Below are positions 36,854 through 48,247 of a stretch of DNA of 64,000 nt, in pieces. The translations under genes and the position numbers were made by a program. The stretch is taken from sequence record NC_028448.1. One strand, written 5' to 3'. Numbering within the stretch: position 1 is the first letter of the stretch; each line of letters begins with the position of its first letter. Origin of the DNA: Escherichia phage slur14. Below the pieces are notes generated by a model. It had not been told where the DNA came from. It saw nothing but the letters and a program-made list of their open reading frames with translations, and ran no database searches.

Positions 36854-37046
36854 TGCTTATAATTTCAACATCAGCCCAATGACCATAGCAAGGAAGACGA
36901 AATTCAACTGGCCAGTTAGGGTCCTTTTCTAATATAATAGACTCAACTCGTGGTTCTTCACGTTCATCAGTATATGGATTTTTATCTGTTACTTTATATG
37001 TGACCTTAATGTACTGAATTCCAAAAATCTTATTAATTATATTCAT
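36840..37046 (-). CDS. Hypothetical small protein
   Basis: 68 aa ORF in operon-like array. Confidence 0.45.
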   Translation of the reverse strand: MNIINKIFGIQYIKVTYKVTDKNPYTDEREEPRVESIILEKDPNWPVEFRLPCYGHWADVEIISIENV

Positions 37047-37240
37047 ACTAATTCCTTTAATCCGTAGATAGGAGATAATTCATCACCCATACGAAGGTCT
37101 TCATTTCCATCTACCCAGGAAACAATATAAGCCTCTTTTATTTGAATACCACTCCATTTAAATGGAGGTAGAACCTTAGAAATTAATCCAGGTATACCAA
37201 CTCCCTTTAATTCAACAGTTTGACCTAAAAAGAATTTCAT
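37043..37240 (-). CDS. Hypothetical small protein
   Basis: 65 aa ORF, overlapping junctions. Confidence 0.45.
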   Translation of the reverse strand: MKFFLGQTVELKGVGIPGLISKVLPPFKWSGIQIKEAYIVSWVDGNEDLRMGDELSPIYGLKELV

Positions 37241-37527
37241 TAGAACCTCATCTGAAAACCGTGCGATTTAACATTACCGCCGCCAATATCAGAGATATTA
37301 ATTTCGCGCGCAATTGAAGGGTCAATGTCAATTTCGCGATTGAGTTTAGTGATAGCTAAAGTATCACGCCCATTTACAGTACGGAACTCTAAAGGACAAA
37401 CCACATCAACGTAGTTTTTAATCGATTCGCTAGTAGGCTGCAAATGAGCAGGAAGGTCTTTAGGCGCCTTTGAGAAAACCACTTCACAGAAATTTTTGCG
37501 GGTATCAAAATAAGTAGTCATAAACAT
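37240..37527 (-). CDS. Hypothetical protein
   Basis: 95 aa ORF; SD gagg upstream. Confidence 0.5.
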   Translation of the reverse strand: MFMTTYFDTRKNFCEVVFSKAPKDLPAHLQPTSESIKNYVDVVCPLEFRTVNGRDTLAITKLNREIDIDPSIAREINISDIGGGNVKSHGFQMRF

Positions 37528-37568
37528 AGTATTTTCCTCAGTAAGGGGCCGAAGCCCCTCATTTTATT

Positions 37569-37946
37569 TTAAATATCAAATTCGTTAAGAACTACATCAA
37601 AGATTGCTTCAAGATGCTCAGGTTTAGCTCTGTTACTCAGAATATGACGAATCCAAGTTTTAACCAGAAGCTTGCGATTAACGCCATTCCAGCAAGGATG
37701 AGTCCCTAAATCGCGTTGACGAAAATCATCATCCAAAGCAATTTTGAAGTTGGAACCTTCCATTGTGATTGAAACCGTGATGCCATTTTCAAATCGCATA
37801 TAAACGTAGTTAGGAGTCATATACTGTTCAATTTCGCATACTGATCCATTTTGATGTTTCCAAAGGCAGATGGTATCAATAGAACCTGCAATACCATTAG
37901 AAACATATTTACGTTCAAAGTTAATGTAGTTCATTTTATTCTCCAA
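37569..37946 (-). CDS. Hypothetical protein
   Basis: 125 aa ORF; RBS ggagaa. Confidence 0.5.
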   Translation of the reverse strand: MENKMNYINFERKYVSNGIAGSIDTICLWKHQNGSVCEIEQYMTPNYVYMRFENGITVSITMEGSNFKIALDDDFRQRDLGTHPCWNGVNRKLLVKTWIRHILSNRAKPEHLEAIFDVVLNEFDI

Positions 37947-37963
37947 GATGTTTAATTGCGGTA

Positions 37964-38000
37964 CAGGTATATAATATCATGTCCTGTACCAAAGTAAACA
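37964..38000 (-). promoter_or_regulatory. Candidate early promoter (GTTTAC ... TGaTATTAT) overlapping an 8-bp inverted repeat
   Basis: Minus strand gtttactttggtacaggacatgatattatatacc upstream of ORF 37569-37946. Confidence 0.35.
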
Positions 38001-38001
38001 A

Positions 38002-38334
38002 TTATTTTACTACTTTCCAATGCTGCATGTCAAGTTTACCAACTTTTTTCATCTTCTCAATTAAGCGTTCGGCACGTTGGCGAGCTGTAACATAATACCA
38101 TTCACCTAATTCATTTTGTTCAATTTTTCCAACGATTACTGTATTCAATTCATAAATCCAACCAGTAAAGAAATTATGAACTTGAATTGTAAAGGTGAAA
38201 TCTGTTCCCATACCTTCTGTTGTTTCTACTTCAATAATATCACCTTCAACTGCCATTAAGAACCACATAGTTTCATCATATTTACCATTGAAGCATTTAG
38301 TTTTAACTGCAGCGTTCAGATTAATCGTTTTCAT
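38002..38334 (-). CDS. Hypothetical protein
   Basis: 110 aa ORF; RBS aaggag. Confidence 0.5.
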   Translation of the reverse strand: MKTINLNAAVKTKCFNGKYDETMWFLMAVEGDIIEVETTEGMGTDFTFTIQVHNFFTGWIYELNTVIVGKIEQNELGEWYYVTARQRAERLIEKMKKVGKLDMQHWKVVK

Positions 38335-38359
38335 TTTATTCTCCTTTGTTTGTGTAAGA

Positions 38360-38392
38360 TAATACTATCACAAAGGAACCATACTGTAAACA
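38360..38392 (-). promoter_or_regulatory. Candidate early promoter (TTTACA-17-TAGTAT)
   Basis: Minus strand ttgtttacagtatggttcctttgtgatagtattatc ~25 nt upstream of ORF 38002-38334. Confidence 0.4.
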
Positions 38393-38407
38393 ACTTTATG
38401 CAATCTT

Positions 38408-38440
38408 TGGAAAATAAAAAAGGACTCCCGAAGGAGTCCT
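38408..38440 (-). terminator. Rho-independent terminator downstream of the small basic-protein gene
   Basis: Minus strand AGGACTCC-TTCG-GGAGTCCT hairpin followed by ttttttattttcc. Confidence 0.7.
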
Positions 38441-38444
38441 CAAC

Positions 38445-38621
38445 TTATGCTTTCTGCTTACCAAAACGAGAAGCATCATCTCGAAGAACCGCACGTGCTC
38501 GGCGCATGATCTTCTCAACAGTTTGATTGATACGAGAGTTCGACCCACGCTTGTAGCCAGCGCGTTTAGAATCACCAACTTTCTTTTCAACTGCTTTCTT
38601 TGCTTTAGCTTGTTTTGCCAT
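38445..38621 (-). CDS. Small highly basic protein (Lys/Arg-rich)
   Basis: 58 aa from ATG at 38621 (MAKQAKAKKAVEKKV...); track ORF extends to 38663 from a weaker upstream start. Confidence 0.45.
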   Translation of the reverse strand: MAKQAKAKKAVEKKVGDSKRAGYKRGSNSRINQTVEKIMRRARAVLRDDASRFGKQKA

Positions 38622-39019
38622 TATAAATTCTCTTTTAAATGAAAATGCAGGACTTATTGGCATTGCCTGCGCAAGCCCTCAAGGGGAACATAGGTTTTTG
38701 GATATTTAACGACCAGGATAACCATAAACCCGTCATCATACCTTATAGCTCTTATCTGTTGCACACCGTTAGCTTAAAGGTTCCGGGTTCGATTTCTCGA
38801 GGATAAGATATATACTGATGGATATATAGGCCTTGAGGCGTACTCCCGATTGGCCATCACCTCGGGGTAGCATGCACTTGCCGCTATAAGAATAACATTC
38901 AAGAGGTACACCGTAAAACTGCCGGGGTCTTAAAACTATAATGATTCGCAAATCATTAATCAGACAGTTCGACGGCTCCTCGATTTTAGCTCACACTAAG
39001 GCAGTGAATCTCCAGTAAA

Positions 39020-39268
39020 TTACTTCAGTGTTACCACAAAGTGACGAACTGCTTTTCGTGCAGCAGAAGCCAAAGGCTTAGCATATTTAAGTTCATCTTT
39101 TTCCTGAAGCTCAGCAGCTAATGCAGTTTGAGCAGGATTCAGATGTTTGAAATAACGCAGGATTTCAAGAGCTTCGGCTTCAACATCAATAGATGCGCCA
39201 TAGTTTTCGTGACCATTATTCCATGCGTTTCGTTGCAGTTCAAGAGCGTGTTGTAATTGTTTAATCAT
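39020..39268 (-). CDS. rIII: rIII lysis-inhibition accessory protein
   Basis: 82 aa ORF, same length as T4 rIII; lies upstream of gene 31. Confidence 0.75.
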   Translation of the reverse strand: MIKQLQHALELQRNAWNNGHENYGASIDVEAEALEILRYFKHLNPAQTALAAELQEKDELKYAKPLASAARKAVRHFVVTLK

Positions 39269-39415
39269 TTAAAAATTCTCGTTAGAGATTAAAACTCGGT
39301 AGTCACGTTCTTCTGAATTTCATCTTCTTTCGACAGATCTCTCAGTTGTAGACTACCACATAGAATTGTTCGGTTAACTTATTATTCCGACACCCAATTC
39401 ATATTATTATTTATA

Positions 39416-39751
39416 TCACTTATAAAGACACGGAATAGCTTTATAGTGACAGGTAACAAATTTTTGTTTAATTTCTTTTGGCTGCTTAAGACCCAGAGCT
39501 ACAAAAGGATGCGGAACATTTCGAATTTGACCAACTGGGAGAGAAGTCAAATCACCAACTTCGCAGAAACCTTCAGGAACATCAGGACCGACAGAGTGAA
39601 TTACACACAGTTCAGGAACTTCACCTTGAACACGTTTACCGATAATAAGTCCTGATTCTGTAACTTCTTCATCACCGGCTTGTGCAGGTTCAGAAACTAA
39701 AATAACATATTCACCGACAGCACGAATTGGTAGCTGTTGTACTTCAGACAT
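39416..39751 (-). CDS. 31: Co-chaperonin gp31 (GroES functional analogue)
   Basis: 111 aa ORF; matches T4 gp31 in length and position. Confidence 0.85.
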   Translation of the reverse strand: MSEVQQLPIRAVGEYVILVSEPAQAGDEEVTESGLIIGKRVQGEVPELCVIHSVGPDVPEGFCEVGDLTSLPVGQIRNVPHPFVALGLKQPKEIKQKFVTCHYKAIPCLYK

Positions 39752-39779
39752 CGTTTTTCCTTTTTGTTAACAGATGAGT

Positions 39780-39808
39780 TAATAATAACAAATAATTCTT
39801 AAAGCATT
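39780..39808 (-). promoter_or_regulatory. Candidate middle promoter for gene 31 (MotA box TGCTTTA-12 nt-TATTAT)
   Basis: Minus strand aatgctttaagaattatttgttattat ~25 nt upstream of gene 31 SD/ATG. Confidence 0.45.
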
Positions 39809-40116
39809 TATTTACCAATAAATTGAAGCAAATGCTCAACTTTCATACCATTAACAGAAATCAATTTGTCAATAGAAAAACCTCGCCATGCACCGAGCTC
39901 AACATCAAATACTGGAATCATATCCGTAGATTCTTTCCGAGTAGATTCAGTCAATTTACCGGTTTGCATGGTTGGCATAAAGTCTGCATCACGAGTACCT
40001 TTCATAGTACGAATAGTACCATCAGACTTTTCAAAAACTACGTTTGAAACACCCATGGACAATTTAGTTTTCAAAATTTCACGAATTGCTACTTTCTGCT
40101 CAGTTGTTAGTTTCAT
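39808..40116 (-). CDS. Hypothetical protein (31.1 position)
   Basis: 102 aa ORF. Confidence 0.5.
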   Translation of the reverse strand: MKLTTEQKVAIREILKTKLSMGVSNVVFEKSDGTIRTMKGTRDADFMPTMQTGKLTESTRKESTDMIPVFDVELGAWRGFSIDKLISVNGMKVEHLLQFIGK

Positions 40117-40353
40117 TTATTTACCTATCACAGTTTTAATATGAGTTGTTCCACGTTCTTTAAGGGTGGAAAGTAATTTTTGGCATTTTTCTAAATCAGA
40201 TTTCCAACTATATGGTCTATCAATACTAGTCCAATCAGTTTTATAATACTGTTTCCATTTAGAGAAAAAATATTTCTTATACTCTACAGCAAATGAGATG
40301 TTCTCGTTAGAATAAGAACTAATTGCTGTGAGCTTTACCAAACGAAATTTCAT
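40117..40353 (-). CDS. Hypothetical protein (31.2 position)
   Basis: 78 aa ORF; start overlaps cd stop. Confidence 0.5.
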   Translation of the reverse strand: MKFRLVKLTAISSYSNENISFAVEYKKYFFSKWKQYYKTDWTSIDRPYSWKSDLEKCQKLLSTLKERGTTHIKTVIGK

Positions 40354-40934
40354 TATTCACCGCAGAATTCGTTGATATTTTCCCAGTTTAACTTATTCAA
40401 GTTTTTCTTAGGAACATTAAACACTTCAATACCTGCATTTCGCAGAATATCATCCCAACCAGGTTTATTTTTGTCGTATGTTTCACAATAAACCAGCTTT
40501 TTAATACCAGATTGAGCTATCGCTTTTGCGCAATCTGGGCAAGGAGAAAGTGTTACATACATAGTAGCACCTTCAATAGAAGAACCATTTCGTGCAGCAA
40601 ACAAAATTGCATTTAGTTCAGCATGAATTTCATTTTTAGATGACCATTCCGAGTGAGCACTACGATGTTCTTTCGCCAAAACAAAACGATCAGTTGAACC
40701 AAATGATACGCATTCAGGCTTATGACCTTGAATGATAGTATGTTTAGGCTTATTCAGCAACCAACCTTGCTCAGCAGCATAATCGCAGCAATTCACACCC
40801 CCGGCAGGTGAACCATTATATCCGGTAGAAATAATACGTCCATTCTTTTCAATTACCGCTCCTACCTTCCAGGAGCAACATTTTGATTCTTGTGATACTA
40901 AATATGCAATTTGAAGTACTGTACTCGCTTTCAT
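40353..40934 (-). CDS. cd: dCMP deaminase
   Basis: 193 aa; zinc-binding motifs HAE(LNAI) and PCxxC (SPCPDCAKA). Confidence 0.9.
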   Translation of the reverse strand: MKASTVLQIAYLVSQESKCCSWKVGAVIEKNGRIISTGYNGSPAGGVNCCDYAAEQGWLLNKPKHTIIQGHKPECVSFGSTDRFVLAKEHRSAHSEWSSKNEIHAELNAILFAARNGSSIEGATMYVTLSPCPDCAKAIAQSGIKKLVYCETYDKNKPGWDDILRNAGIEVFNVPKKNLNKLNWENINEFCGE

Positions 40935-41269
40935 TTCATAATCACCAGATAAGCAGATTTAGCAGTTTCAACACGATAAATTTCGTGACGAAGTTTAGTT
41001 ATACTTTTAATAACAGAACTAATTATATTCTGCCCATCTTTAAAGCGGTTTTTCTTATCAATAAAAATTGCACCAACCATCTTTTTGTGAAGCTCAACTG
41101 GATACTTCGTCACAATAATAGCATCATATACAGAAGGATGAATACTATTTACTAGAGTGTCATTCATTAAAGTTATTCTAATGAACTGTGCTGTTTCAGA
41201 GTCAAGCGCTCTATGATCGCCAGTATCATTTTCAAGACAATTATCAATTATATCAGTTAAATTCATCAT
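40931..41269 (-). CDS. Hypothetical protein
   Basis: 112 aa ORF; overlapping junction with cd. Confidence 0.5.
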   Translation of the reverse strand: MMNLTDIIDNCLENDTGDHRALDSETAQFIRITLMNDTLVNSIHPSVYDAIIVTKYPVELHKKMVGAIFIDKKNRFKDGQNIISSVIKSITKLRHEIYRVETAKSAYLVIMK

Positions 41270-41502
41270 AGTACGCCATACACCCTTTGTGCTTCAACTA
41301 ATCCATCAAAATCCAGTTTAAGATGCGATATTTGATCGCCATCGCCTGGATTCACAATTACTAATACTGAACGAGGAGTTTCGGTAATAACACGAACCGA
41401 TGTTTCAGGAAATCGTTCAGAAACCTTATTTACCAATTCCTGAGCAAATAGTTTAACTTTTTCTTGGAATTCTTTAACAGTAATTGGTTTTTCACTTAGC
41501 AT
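41266..41502 (-). CDS. Hypothetical protein
   Basis: 78 aa ORF. Confidence 0.5.
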   Translation of the reverse strand: MLSEKPITVKEFQEKVKLFAQELVNKVSERFPETSVRVITETPRSVLVIVNPGDGDQISHLKLDFDGLVEAQRVYGVL

Positions 41503-42023
41503 GTTGATCCCAGCTCCTTACTTTCAACGTTTTTAACTAATTTGACAGAAACTAATTCAGCATCTTGAGTAATCATTACCGGGCCTTCTTCATACTCTTC
41601 AAGATATTCTAGAGCTTTCTTTTTAGCTTCTTCCTTCGTATCAGTTTGAGCATAGATATAAAACATACAACCAGTAATACCTACTACTTTCCACTTAATT
41701 TCTTTATCAGTTTTAATTTCAAATTTACTGACAGAATCATCTTTTTGAACTTCTTCGAAAAAAGAATATTCTAACATATAAGCAATTGAAAATAACGGGC
41801 TAACTTTATAAGATTCGCCCATTACATCAACAGCTTTATACCAACAATCATCAATTTCGCGTTTAATGCTAATAACATTTTTCGCAGGATCTATTTTTAC
41901 TTTAAATGAATTTTCCCCAATAAACTGGGCAATTCGTTTATTAGCCCCGCAAGTTTCATTAAAAATATCTTTATATCCAGCTTTAAAGCGATAAACCTTA
42001 TCTTCTTCAAACCATTCGCTCAT
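41496..42023 (-). CDS. Hypothetical protein
   Basis: 175 aa ORF. Confidence 0.5.
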   Translation of the reverse strand: MSEWFEEDKVYRFKAGYKDIFNETCGANKRIAQFIGENSFKVKIDPAKNVISIKREIDDCWYKAVDVMGESYKVSPLFSIAYMLEYSFFEEVQKDDSVSKFEIKTDKEIKWKVVGITGCMFYIYAQTDTKEEAKKKALEYLEEYEEGPVMITQDAELVSVKLVKNVESKELGSTC

Positions 42024-42085
42024 TTCAATTTCCTCATTTGTTTTGGTAGAGCTATAATATCACAACTCTACCGTAAAGTAAACTA

Positions 42086-42391
42086 TTAAATTGCTTTGAA
42101 TTCTGATGTCTGTGATTCAAAGCGAATATCGCCTTTGATGACTAGCTCAGCATCAAGACCGAATACAACAATGATATGCGCTGAACCTGGATACAACGTG
42201 ATGGCAACAGAATCCACCTGGTCTGGAAGCAAAGTATTCAATACATGAGTCACTTGAGCGTGGATTCGAAGTTCAGCTGCATTATCAAGCTTTTCAAACA
42301 TGTTATTAGCGATAATTTGGCTAAACACTACTTCTACGATTTTAGAGTAAGTCGGAAACATATTTACCTCACATAATTTTCTTCGAGCCAA
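42086..42391 (-). CDS. Hypothetical protein
   Basis: 101 aa ORF. Confidence 0.5.
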   Translation of the reverse strand: MARRKLCEVNMFPTYSKIVEVVFSQIIANNMFEKLDNAAELRIHAQVTHVLNTLLPDQVDSVAITLYPGSAHIIVVFGLDAELVIKGDIRFESQTSEFKAI

Positions 42392-42564
42392 TCAATAACA
42401 TCCAAAGCGTTATCAAAAGTTGAACCATCTACTTTGTCTTCTGTTTCATAATCAAGAACATCTAGGCCTACTCTTCCGTCAACAATAGGCCATAAACAAA
42501 ATAGATATTTCTTTTCTTTTTCAATTTTATCACAAAGACGATAAATCTTTTCTATATTATTCAT
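42364..42564 (-). CDS. Hypothetical small protein
   Basis: 66 aa ORF. Confidence 0.4.
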   Translation of the reverse strand: MNNIEKIYRLCDKIEKEKKYLFCLWPIVDGRVGLDVLDYETEDKVDGSTFDNALDVIDWLEENYVR

Positions 42565-42753
42565 AAGTTTTCCATGGTAAAGGCAGTTTAGTTTTCTTTA
42601 CTGTTAGTTCAATATCAGGATTCTTTTCTCTTAATTTAAGGCATTCCTCCCAAGCTCTGATTTCACTAGTGAATACACAAAATTGCCCATTACTAGTACC
42701 AACTAAACCACTATTTACAATAACAATAGACCAAGTTTCATGATGCCACGCCA

Positions 42754-42754
<1 letters not shown>
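42557..42754 (-). CDS. Hypothetical small protein
   Basis: 65 aa ORF; start overlaps pseT stop. Confidence 0.4.
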
Positions 42755-43979
<1,225 letters not shown>

Positions 43980-43982
43980 TTA

Positions 43983-44213
43983 TTATTTCTCAACCAATGA
44001 TTGAATATAATCATGCAGGTCTTTAGATGCTTTACCCCACTTATTTTGGTATTCATTTTTAAGATTAGCCCGAGATTGAGCTAATAAAACATCATTAGTT
44101 GGAGGTAAAGATTCTAACCGTTGAATCTGGCGTCCATAAATCATTGCAGCCATCTCGGATTCATAAATCAATCCTTTGAGATGTTCAAATTGATGCCATG
44201 AAATCATTTGCAT
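43983..44213 (-). CDS. Hypothetical protein
   Basis: 76 aa ORF. Confidence 0.45.
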   Translation of the reverse strand: MQMISWHQFEHLKGLIYESEMAAMIYGRQIQRLESLPPTNDVLLAQSRANLKNEYQNKWGKASKDLHDYIQSLVEK

Positions 44214-44503
44214 TTATCCTCTTTTAGCTCTTGACGATAATAACATATCATAGTTTTTTGGTCATGTACATATCGTTTTACATCATTAAGCCAAATACGA
44301 AATTCCTGGGAATCTTCAAATGGCATACCGACCCAAGCTTTACCATCAATAACTTTAACTTGCCAAGATAGTTTAGCTTCATCATATGACTTTATTTGTA
44401 CAGGCCAATTAGGATGAACTGTTTCTTTCTTTACTTCTAGAGGCTTTGTCGAACAACCAACTAGAAGACCAATAGATAATATTACTGCTGATAGTTTAAT
44501 CAT
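44204..44503 (-). CDS. Outer-membrane spanin (o-spanin) lipoprotein
   Basis: 99 aa; signal peptide with lipobox LVGC (MIKLSAVILSIGLLVGCSTK); overlaps upstream i-spanin gene by 4 nt. Confidence 0.55.
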   Translation of the reverse strand: MIKLSAVILSIGLLVGCSTKPLEVKKETVHPNWPVQIKSYDEAKLSWQVKVIDGKAWVGMPFEDSQEFRIWLNDVKRYVHDQKTMICYYRQELKEDKCK

Positions 44504-44853
44504 TTAGAAAGGTCCTGGATGTCTTCTGCGAACTTGTTGAAGGAGTTGTTGATTTGTTTTTCAACCAATCCTGGCTTATGAGCCACCACATCCGCCTTCT
44601 TTGCGTCTTTGCGCAGTTTTTCATTTTCACGCTCAATAGCAGCAATTGCCTCACGATTTTTATTATTCATCGCATCAATATAATTATACTGAATTCGCAA
44701 ATTGTTTAATGCTAAAGCGTTTTCATTGGCCGTTTTTGTAATTTCTACAACAGACGTTTCTAATCTTTCAATTTTATTTTTTAAAATTAAAGAAGTTCCG
44801 CCCAATGCAATTACAATTAATAGCAAACCTGTTGTCGTATTACTTAATTGCAT
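44500..44853 (-). CDS. Inner-membrane spanin (i-spanin)
   Basis: 117 aa; N-terminal TM segment TTGLLLIVIALGGTSLIL then predicted coiled-coil periplasmic domain. Confidence 0.55.
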   Translation of the reverse strand: MQLSNTTTGLLLIVIALGGTSLILKNKIERLETSVVEITKTANENALALNNLRIQYNYIDAMNNKNREAIAAIERENEKLRKDAKKADVVAHKPGLVEKQINNSFNKFAEDIQDLSK

Positions 44854-45347
44854 AAAGTTTTAATAACCTCTATAATATCGTCTTGAGAAAGACCGTTAAT
44901 TAAAATATGATGTTCCGCCGGAGATTTAGAAATTTTAAAGCATGCCGCAACATCTTCTGCCATATCTGATGCACTACGATTTGGATTACTAATCCCAAGG
45001 CGGTGTTTTCCCGTTAAAGGATTAACGATGATATAGCATTTACAGTTGTTAACATGAACATTAGGTTGAGTCTGATTAATGAACACATCACAATCATATT
45101 TCGCAAGCTGATTTTCTAAAAAGACTTTCATCTCCTCAACCGCATCAGGAAGCATATCACGGGCTTGCTCAAGACGACGATTTCGATATTCTTTAATGGT
45201 CGTTTTCCGCTTGACTTGCTTAGCTAAATCTTTCTTAAGATCGGTGATATATCCAACTCGACGATTTCCTTTGAATACAGAAATCCCATCTGTAGTATCA
45301 CCGTATGCTTCAACGACCATTTCAGTAGTAATAAGTTGTAAATCCAT
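44844..45347 (-). CDS. alc: Alc (host transcription shut-off) protein
   Basis: 167-168 aa; N-terminus MDLQLITTEMVVEAYG; driven by the 54-bp early promoter cassette. Confidence 0.8.
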   Translation of the reverse strand: MDLQLITTEMVVEAYGDTTDGISVFKGNRRVGYITDLKKDLAKQVKRKTTIKEYRNRRLEQARDMLPDAVEEMKVFLENQLAKYDCDVFINQTQPNVHVNNCKCYIIVNPLTGKHRLGISNPNRSASDMAEDVAACFKISKSPAEHHILINGLSQDDIIEVIKTLCN

Positions 45348-45354
45348 CATAAAG

Positions 45355-45408
45355 TCCTCATGTTATGTCAGTAAGACTACTATAACACAACACGAGGGAC
45401 TTGTAAAC
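45355..45408 (-). promoter_or_regulatory. Conserved early promoter cassette, copy 2 (upstream of alc)
   Basis: 54 nt identical to 31079-31132; -35 TTTACA, 17-nt spacer, -10 TATAGT, leader with SD gagga. Confidence 0.65.
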
Positions 45409-45411
45409 AGC

Positions 45412-46999
<1,588 letters not shown>

Positions 47000-47026
47000 A
47001 ATAAAATGGGCCTTGCGGCCCACTCC

Positions 47027-48196
47027 TTAAAAATATTTTTTAAAACTCATCATAACTTTATCATCAACATCATTATCAATCTGTGCTACAAGGTAAGATG
47101 ACAGTTCTACTTCTTGCGGCGCGGATTGAACATTATCAGAATTAAGGTATTCACGAATCCAAGGATATGGATGTTTAACCGGAGCATCGGTAATTGGGCA
47201 TGGAAGACCGCACTGTTTCATACGAGATACAGTTAAGTAATCAATAAAGCTCCACATGCTATTTGTATTTAATCCAGGAACATCACCATCTTTAAATAAA
47301 TGAACTGCCCAATCTTTTTCTTGGCGGTTAACTTCCATGAAAATATCAACTGCTTCTTGTTCACACTCTTGAGCAATTTTAACCCATTCATCGCCATCAG
47401 TGCCAAGTTGAAGTTGACGAATAATATATTGAGTGCCTTTAAGGTGAAGCTGCTCATCACGTGCAATGAACTTCATAATCTTGGCATTACCTTCCATGAT
47501 TTCCATATTCTTGTGGAAGTTAAAGGTACATGCGAAAGATACATAAAAACGAATAGCTTCTAAGGCATTAATAACGTGCAAACAGAGGTAAAGAGATTTC
47601 ATTAGCTCTCGTTTGGCGTATTCAACGACTTTACCAAGTTCATCTTTGCGCCAACCTTCAGACAAAATTCCTTCGTATTCTTCTTTAGCGTTTTCCCATT
47701 CACGGGTTTTAACCAAGACATCATCGTAATATCGCCCAATGGACTCAGCACGTTTCATAATAGCTTCATCTAATACAATCTCATCAAACACCTTCGATGG
47801 ATCAGTATAAAGATTTCGCATGATATGTGTATATGAACGGCTGTGAATAGTTTCACTAAAAGTCCACGTAGCAACCCATGTATCAAGGCTTGGGTCTGAA
47901 ATTAATGACATAAGTACAGCAGATGGCGCGCGACCCTGAATGCTATCCAAAAGTGATTGATACTTCAGGTTATTAGTAAAAATATTCTGTTGATACTGAG
48001 GAAGTTTATTAAATTGTGCAGCATCCATCATCAAGTTTACTTCTTCAGGACGCCAGAAAAATGATAATTGCTTTTCAGTCAAATCTTCAAAAACTTTATG
48101 GCGTTGAATATCATAACGCGCAATACCAAGACCTGAACCGAAGAACATAGGTTCTTTTAAAACATCAACTGGATTTGTATTAAAAACTGTGCTCAT
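47027..48196 (-). CDS. nrdB: Ribonucleotide reductase small subunit, uninterrupted
   Basis: 389 aa continuous ORF; di-iron ligand motifs; no intron. Confidence 0.9.
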   Translation of the reverse strand: MSTVFNTNPVDVLKEPMFFGSGLGIARYDIQRHKVFEDLTEKQLSFFWRPEEVNLMMDAAQFNKLPQYQQNIFTNNLKYQSLLDSIQGRAPSAVLMSLISDPSLDTWVATWTFSETIHSRSYTHIMRNLYTDPSKVFDEIVLDEAIMKRAESIGRYYDDVLVKTREWENAKEEYEGILSEGWRKDELGKVVEYAKRELMKSLYLCLHVINALEAIRFYVSFACTFNFHKNMEIMEGNAKIMKFIARDEQLHLKGTQYIIRQLQLGTDGDEWVKIAQECEQEAVDIFMEVNRQEKDWAVHLFKDGDVPGLNTNSMWSFIDYLTVSRMKQCGLPCPITDAPVKHPYPWIREYLNSDNVQSAPQEVELSSYLVAQIDNDVDDKVMMSFKKYF

Positions 48197-48247
48197 AAAT
48201 TTTCCGCTTAGTTAATAGTTGGTGACTCGTCCATGAGTCAAATTATA

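Noticed and set aside
37960-37989. 8-bp inverted repeat GGTACAGG...CCTGTACC as a terminator
   Set aside because: Not followed by a U-tract on either strand and overlaps a promoter-like element; more likely coincidental or an operator than a terminator
38751-38811. Possible tRNA suggested by a GGTTCGATT T-loop-like motif and flanking TCTTATC/GATAAGA complementarity
   Set aside because: The candidate acceptor stems are only ~60 nt apart, too short for a cloverleaf, and the T-stem pairs poorly; not called without tRNAscan-SE support
38769-38951. Minus-strand 60-aa ORF inside the GC-rich intergenic island
   Set aside because: Begins at TTG with no Shine-Dalgarno sequence and has implausible composition; the region is reported as an unexplained island instead
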